Source: Candidatus Omnitrophota bacterium (lineage in GTDB: Bacteria; Omnitrophota; Gorgyraeia; Gygaellales; Profunditerraquicolaceae). Taken from it: a DNA stretch of 64,000 bases. Shown in pieces: positions 59,533 through 64,000 of this stretch. Below the pieces are notes generated by a model, which did not search any database, was not told the origin of the DNA, and saw only the letters and a list, made by a program, of their open reading frames with translations. Both the position numbers and the translations under genes were made by a program. The stretch covers positions 5,340-69,339 of the forward strand of contig JAZDMX010000008.1 in assembly GCA_043800555.1 (NCBI GenBank), given 5' to 3'. How positions within the stretch are numbered: the stretch's first letter is position 1; every line of letters begins with the position of its first letter.

Positions 59533-60717
59533 TTATGCTATTTTATCCTTAACCAGCAATGCCTGCTTTAACGCTTTTACGTCATGGGCGCGTAAGATAT
59601 TGGCTCCGTTTTCAGCGGCGATAACGCAGGAGGCAATTGTCCCAAAAAGCCTCTCTCCTGCGGGGGCATTTAGAATTCCGCCAATAAAAGATTTTCGCGA
59701 AGGCCCGGCCAAAATCGGCCTGCCCAGAGTTTTAAACTCTTTTAACCGGCGGACAATCTCCAGGTTATTTTCTAAAGTTTTCCCGAAGCCTATCCCCGGG
59801 TCAATGATGATTTTTTCTCTGGCTATACCGAAAGCCACCCCTTTATTTACGGCTGCTGACAGATACGCGGTTATCTCGTCGATTAAAGATATGTATCCCG
59901 GGTTCTTTTGCATTGAACGCGGCCAGCCGCGCATATGCATTATAACTACCCCGGCTTTGTAACGGCTGATGATTTTGGCCATTTCAACGTTCCTTAAGGC
60001 GGTAATATCGTTGACCAGGCTTGCGCCGTTATCCAAAGCCTGCTTAGCCACTTCCGGTTTATAGGTATCCACGGATAGCGGGGCTTTAATTCTTTTGGAT
60101 AAAGCTTTTACCACCGGGATTACCCGGGAGAGTTCTTCTTTCAGGGAAACCGGCCTTGCCCCGGGGCGGGTTGATTCTCCTCCGAGATCAAGGATATCCG
60201 CTCCGTCTTTCTCCATCTCTTGGGCCAAACCGGCAATCTCATCAACCGAACGCAAAGACAGCCCGTCGCCGCTAAAGGAATCCGGGGTAACATTTATAAT
60301 CCCCATAATATAGGAACGCGAACCAAAGTTGAATTTGTGTTTTCCGATAGCCAAAACGGGATTGTCATTCCGGAAGTTTTTCAAGGCAGATTTTAACTCT
60401 TGGGCCATTCTATCCAACCCAAACGGCTGCTTATGCAATTTATTAGCCAGCCTTGCGAATTGGGAAAGGTTTCCCATGATAAGGCAGCCGGTTTTTTTAG
60501 CTTTACCGGTCAGGCAGTCACGGCTAAGCGCCGCATCTGCCCCCAAAGAGAGCATCTCCTGCTTTAAAATATTAGCCGAAACGTTACTTAAAGAATCGAC
60601 TTTAAGAAGATAGCTTTGGGCTTTAGGCAACATGATCTTTATGCCGCAGGAATCGACATTAATTTCCCGCATCAGTTGCTTCAGGCTTTTTTCTTTAGAT
60701 ATGCTTAAAATACGCAT
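59533..60717 (-). CDS. folP: Dihydropteroate synthase with a ~115-aa N-terminal extension of unknown function
   Basis: The DHPS core starts near IMGIINVTPDSFSGDG (cf. E. coli VMGILNVTPDSFSDGG). Upstream in the same frame is an additional MRILSISKEKSLKQLMREINVDSCGIKIM... region. Confidence 0.85.
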   Translation of the reverse strand: MRILSISKEKSLKQLMREINVDSCGIKIMLPKAQSYLLKVDSLSNVSANILKQEMLSLGADAALSRDCLTGKAKKTGCLIMGNLSQFARLANKLHKQPFGLDRMAQELKSALKNFRNDNPVLAIGKHKFNFGSRSYIMGIINVTPDSFSGDGLSLRSVDEIAGLAQEMEKDGADILDLGGESTRPGARPVSLKEELSRVIPVVKALSKRIKAPLSVDTYKPEVAKQALDNGASLVNDITALRNVEMAKIISRYKAGVVIMHMRGWPRSMQKNPGYISLIDEITAYLSAAVNKGVAFGIAREKIIIDPGIGFGKTLENNLEIVRRLKEFKTLGRPILAGPSRKSFIGGILNAPAGERLFGTIASCVIAAENGANILRAHDVKALKQALLVKDKIA

Positions 60718-60724
60718 AATAAGA

Positions 60725-62578
60725 TTATGAGGCGGGGTCTGATTTCTGTATGCCTAACAGAAGCTTGACCTCTTCTGCGCTCATTACTTCCTTATCGATA
60801 AGGGCTTCGGACAATGTTTTTAATTTATCCAGGTTTTTCCCCAGCAGGCTTTTCGCCATTACGTAGGCGTCTTCGACTATCCTCCTTACCTCTTCGTCGA
60901 TTAATCGCGCGGTCTCTTCGCTGTAATTTCTTTCTTCCATAATGTCTTTACCCAAAAAGACCAGGCCTTCCCTGCGGCCCAGGGTGATATTGCCTAATTT
61001 ATCCGACATCCCGAATTGAGTAACCATGCGCCTGGCCATGCCGGTAGCCATCTCAAGGTCGTTTTGCGCGCCGGTAGTTACTTCGGAAAGGTTAAGCTCT
61101 TCGGAAGCGCGCCCTCCCAGCATCATGGCTATCTCGGCGCTTAATTCCCTTTTTGTCCAATAGTGCCTGTCTTCCAACGGAGGAGTAAATGTATAACCTC
61201 CGGCAAGCCCTCGGGGGATAATCGAAACCTTCTTTAGGGGGTTAACTTCAGGCAATAATAAAGATAACAGGGCGTGCCCTGATTCATGCAAGGCGGTGAT
61301 CTGTTTTTCTTTCTTCGATATAATATGGCTCTTTTTTTCCGGCCCCATAAGCACTCTCTCGACGGATTTATCCAGGTCGGTTTCCTCGACCACTTCTTTT
61401 CCGTTCCTGGCAGCAAGGAGCGCGGCTTCATTACAAAGGTTTGCCAGGTCCGCTCCCGAGAAACCCGGGGTCTGCGAAGCGATTGACTTCAAATCGACGG
61501 AGGCGGCAAGCTTGATTTTACGCGTATGGACCTTAAGGATTTCTTCCCTGCCTTTAATATCCGGCAGGTTGACGATAATGTTGCGGTCAAACCTTCCGGG
61601 GCGCAAAAGCGCGGGGTCTAATGTATCCGGCCGGTTAGTCGCGGCGATAAGGATTAACCCTTTCAGGGAATCGAAACCGTCCATTTCAACCAAAAGCGCG
61701 TTTAAGGTCTGTTCGCGCTCGTCATGGCCACCGCCGATGCCTGAAAAACGCAGGCGGCCGACGGCATCTATTTCATCAATGAAAATAATCGCGCCTTTTC
61801 CGGATACCTTCGCGGCGCGCCTTCCTTGCTCAAAGAGGTCTCTTACGCGGCTGGCTCCCACGCCGACGAACATCTCGACAAAATCCGATCCGCTGATAGA
61901 GAAAAAAGGCACGCCCGCTTCCCCGGCAACCGCCTTGGCAATCAATGTCTTTCCGCAGCCCGGAGGGCCGACCAGTAAAACCCCTTTGGGTATTTTGCCG
62001 CCGAGCTTCTGAAACCTTTTCGGGTCCTTCAAGAATTCGATTACCTCTTTAAGCTCTTCCTTGGCTTCCTCTACCCCGGCCACGTCGTTAAAGGTTACTT
62101 TCTCGATCCCGCTATGCACTTTGGGGACGGCTTTTCCAAAAGTCATGATTTTATTCCCTAACTGCTCTCCCCGGGCGGCCATCATCCACCAGAAAAATAT
62201 CAAAAGCAGTATCGGGCCCAGGTTAAAAAGCAACGAAGACCAGAACGTGCGCGGCGGTTTTACGTCGAACGCCCGGACATTCTGGCGTAAAAGATTAAGC
62301 AACTCCGGGTCGTTATCAGGTATGTTTACCAGGAATTTAGAGTTATCCGTAAATTCCCCCTGCAAAAGGGTTTCCATCTTGACTACCGATTTTATCCTAT
62401 CCGGGTTATTCTTCAGGGTAGAGTAAAAACTGCCGTAGGTGATCTCTTTAGGCAACCCATTCATCGGGATGTTGATGGAATTCAAAATTATAAAAACCAG
62501 GATAATCCCGATTATCCAGCCAAACGGTGAACGCTTAAGCACATTTTTCTTTGCCATTATTTTACCTTTCTGCTGCAA
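60725..62578 (-). CDS. ftsH: ATP-dependent zinc metalloprotease FtsH
   Basis: 617 aa. Two transmembrane segments, an AAA domain with GPPGCGKTL, the SRH motif, and the HEAGHA zinc site (HESGHA). Confidence 0.97.
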   Translation of the reverse strand: MQQKGKIMAKKNVLKRSPFGWIIGIILVFIILNSINIPMNGLPKEITYGSFYSTLKNNPDRIKSVVKMETLLQGEFTDNSKFLVNIPDNDPELLNLLRQNVRAFDVKPPRTFWSSLLFNLGPILLLIFFWWMMAARGEQLGNKIMTFGKAVPKVHSGIEKVTFNDVAGVEEAKEELKEVIEFLKDPKRFQKLGGKIPKGVLLVGPPGCGKTLIAKAVAGEAGVPFFSISGSDFVEMFVGVGASRVRDLFEQGRRAAKVSGKGAIIFIDEIDAVGRLRFSGIGGGHDEREQTLNALLVEMDGFDSLKGLILIAATNRPDTLDPALLRPGRFDRNIIVNLPDIKGREEILKVHTRKIKLAASVDLKSIASQTPGFSGADLANLCNEAALLAARNGKEVVEETDLDKSVERVLMGPEKKSHIISKKEKQITALHESGHALLSLLLPEVNPLKKVSIIPRGLAGGYTFTPPLEDRHYWTKRELSAEIAMMLGGRASEELNLSEVTTGAQNDLEMATGMARRMVTQFGMSDKLGNITLGRREGLVFLGKDIMEERNYSEETARLIDEEVRRIVEDAYVMAKSLLGKNLDKLKTLSEALIDKEVMSAEEVKLLLGIQKSDPAS

Positions 62579-62596
62579 GAGTTTTTAAGAACTATA

Positions 62597-62625
62597 ATTA
62601 TAACTTTAACTAGCCGCAAAAGCAA
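62597..62625 (-). promoter_or_regulatory. Sigma70-like promoter: TTGCTT, 17-nt spacer, TATAAT, upstream of ftsH
   Basis: On the minus strand: acTTGCTTttgcggctagttaaagtTATAATtatag. It lies downstream of palindromic repeat locus 4. Confidence 0.55.
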
Positions 62626-62659
62626 GTATTTTATGGAGTTACGACATGTAAGACGAAAA

Positions 62660-62714
62660 GGGGGACGTTTCTACTTTTCTTAAACCTGATTACGGAAAAG
62701 TAGAAACGTCCCCC
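62660..62714. repeat. Palindromic intergenic repeat, locus 4. Left arm 62660-62680, loop TTAAACCTGATTACG, right arm 62695-62714.
   Basis: The same 20-mer arms as at the other loci. It lies between the tilS stop and the ftsH promoter. Confidence 0.9.
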
Positions 62715-62735
62715 TTTTCGGAAACGCCACTCTTT

Positions 62736-63704
62736 TCATTGCCTGCGGTAGAAGATAACGGCCTTTTTATTTTTGACAACGGATATGCCTTTAGGCAAAT
62801 CAACTATGGAATTGTCCGGGCGGTTGGCTATTAAATCCTCAATTTCGTTTATGTGAGTAAAGCTTATGCGCCGGGCCGAACCCTGCAGCTTAAAGATATT
62901 TAAGCGCAACACCATCCGCTGCATTGCCGGGTGGAGTTTCGCGTAATCCGCCAGCTTGACCCTTCCTCTTTTGCCCTTGATTTCACGCAAGGCCGATTGG
63001 GCCAAGTAATCGTAATCCAAAGCGGCGCCTTCAGACATATTGCTTAAAATATCTTTGATCTTCGGATTGTATTCTTTTTCAAGCAAGGGGATCAAACGGT
63101 TACGCAGCCTGTTTCGCAGGAAAATATCTTCTTGATTGGTTTTATCGATGCGGAATTTTATCTTTTTTTGTTTCAGGAAGGATTCGATTTCCCGGCGGCG
63201 GGTCCGGATTAACGGCCGGATAACCTTATAACCGCGGAATTCCCTCTTGGGGAGAATAGCGGATAAGCCATATAGGCCGGAGCCCCTTAAAATGCGCATA
63301 AGGACCGTCTCGGCCTGGTCATCGAGGTTGTGGGCCAGGGCTATTTTTCCGGCCTTTATTTTTTTAGCGGCCTTAAACAGGAATTCCAAACGCGCGTTCC
63401 TGGCAATTTCTTCCAGGCTGCCTTTGGGGCGGCTCCTTTTTAAATCCGCCTTGCCGATAGTAACCGGTATGCCTAATTTTAAACCCAATGACCTTACGAA
63501 TTCCGCATCTTTGAAAGAGTCCTTACGCAACATATGGTCGAAGTGGGCAATCTGCAACCTGAACCCCAAAATACCGCTTAATGAGTTAAGCAAATAAAGC
63601 AAGCTAACGGAATCCGGCCCGCCGGATACCCCGATCAGCACCAGGTCCCCTCTACTAATTAATTTATATTTCTTAATCGCCTCTTTTACCTTCTCCAGTA
63701 TCAT
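62736..63704 (-). CDS. tilS: tRNA(Ile)-lysidine synthetase
   Basis: 322 aa. The PP-loop LIGVSGGPDSVSLL is present. Confidence 0.9.
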   Translation of the reverse strand: MILEKVKEAIKKYKLISRGDLVLIGVSGGPDSVSLLYLLNSLSGILGFRLQIAHFDHMLRKDSFKDAEFVRSLGLKLGIPVTIGKADLKRSRPKGSLEEIARNARLEFLFKAAKKIKAGKIALAHNLDDQAETVLMRILRGSGLYGLSAILPKREFRGYKVIRPLIRTRRREIESFLKQKKIKFRIDKTNQEDIFLRNRLRNRLIPLLEKEYNPKIKDILSNMSEGAALDYDYLAQSALREIKGKRGRVKLADYAKLHPAMQRMVLRLNIFKLQGSARRISFTHINEIEDLIANRPDNSIVDLPKGISVVKNKKAVIFYRRQ

Positions 63705-63743
63705 CTTAGCTATTATATTACCATAATTAATCCATAAAAAAAA

Positions 63744-63832
63744 GGGGGACGTTTCTACTTTTCTAGCTTTAGGCGCGGGAAAAGTAGAAACGTCCCCCTT
63801 TTTCAGGCGCGGGAAAAGTAGAAACGTCCCCC
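63744..63832. repeat. Palindromic intergenic repeat, locus 5. Left arm 63744-63763, loop TAGCTTTAGGCGCGG, right arm 63779-63798, and a second right arm at 63813-63832 preceded by a duplicated loop end CAGGCGCGG.
   Basis: The same 20-mer arms as at the other loci. It lies upstream of tilS. Confidence 0.9.
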
Positions 63833-63860
63833 TTTTTCTTTCGTCCTTTTTTTCGGGAGC

Positions 63861-64000
63861 TTATCTGCCGATGAAGATCTCTTTTAGTTGCTGGGGGGAC
63901 TCTTTTGATTCAAGGACTATGAGGATGTCTTTCAGGGCTGGCTCGGTCAGCAGGCTGCGCTCTTCTTCCAGCTTTAGGATATCGGCAATGCAGGAGACAA
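63861..64000 (-). CDS. 3' end of an unidentified gene (partial; the start is beyond the window)
   Basis: A minus-strand open frame ...VSCIADILKLEEERSLLTEPALKDILIVLESKESPQQLKEIFIGR* with a TAA at 63861-63863. Confidence 0.35.
   Translation of the reverse strand, partial: VSCIADILKLEEERSLLTEPALKDILIVLESKESPQQLKEIFIGR

Overview
This 64-kb window is bacterial chromosome with an extreme strand bias: every gene I can support is on the minus strand. It appears to come from an uncultivated lineage; I cannot place it taxonomically from the sequence alone.

From low to high coordinates the window contains:
- A large secreted RHS/YD-repeat protein whose 3' end runs off the window edge. The six-frame ORF track does not list it because its stop codon lies outside the window.
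- Core housekeeping genes, including dnaE, guaA and an IMPDH-like gene.
- A small secreted-HExxH / HAMP / lipoprotein module.
- An AT-rich Wzx/Wzy-type surface-polysaccharide cluster with glf (galactofuranose) and several glycosyltransferases, bracketed by three AbiEi/AbiEii-type toxin-antitoxin pairs.
- A second Wza/Wzc polysaccharide-export locus.
- groESL with a textbook CIRCE operator and promoter.
- coaX, uvrB, nadC, valS and a CimA/LeuA-family synthase.
- A threonine operon containing an ApgM-like enzyme in place of homoserine kinase.
- Three PilZ proteins, gpsA and a divergent ThyA-fold protein.
- A sensor kinase / response regulator pair, a tRNA Thr-Tyr-Gly cluster and tRNA-Pro.
- nnrD, acpS, pdxJ, cdaA, folP, ftsH and tilS.

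The main non-standard observations are:
1. Two of the three toxin-antitoxin pairs sit in tandem cassettes delimited by three direct copies of a 65-83-bp sequence that is the 3' end of a neighbouring gene. The third pair is flanked by 31-bp direct repeats that split a small ORF. Together they form a cassette-array-like defence insertion site inside the glycan locus, with no recombinase in view.
2. A family of identical 20-bp-arm palindromic elements recurs at five intergenic terminator/promoter junctions, including isolated single arms, in a REP/BIME-like pattern.
3. valS and the CimA-like gene each carry a single-base homopolymer frameshift, and a TagF-like gene is interrupted by an in-frame TAG nonsense codon.
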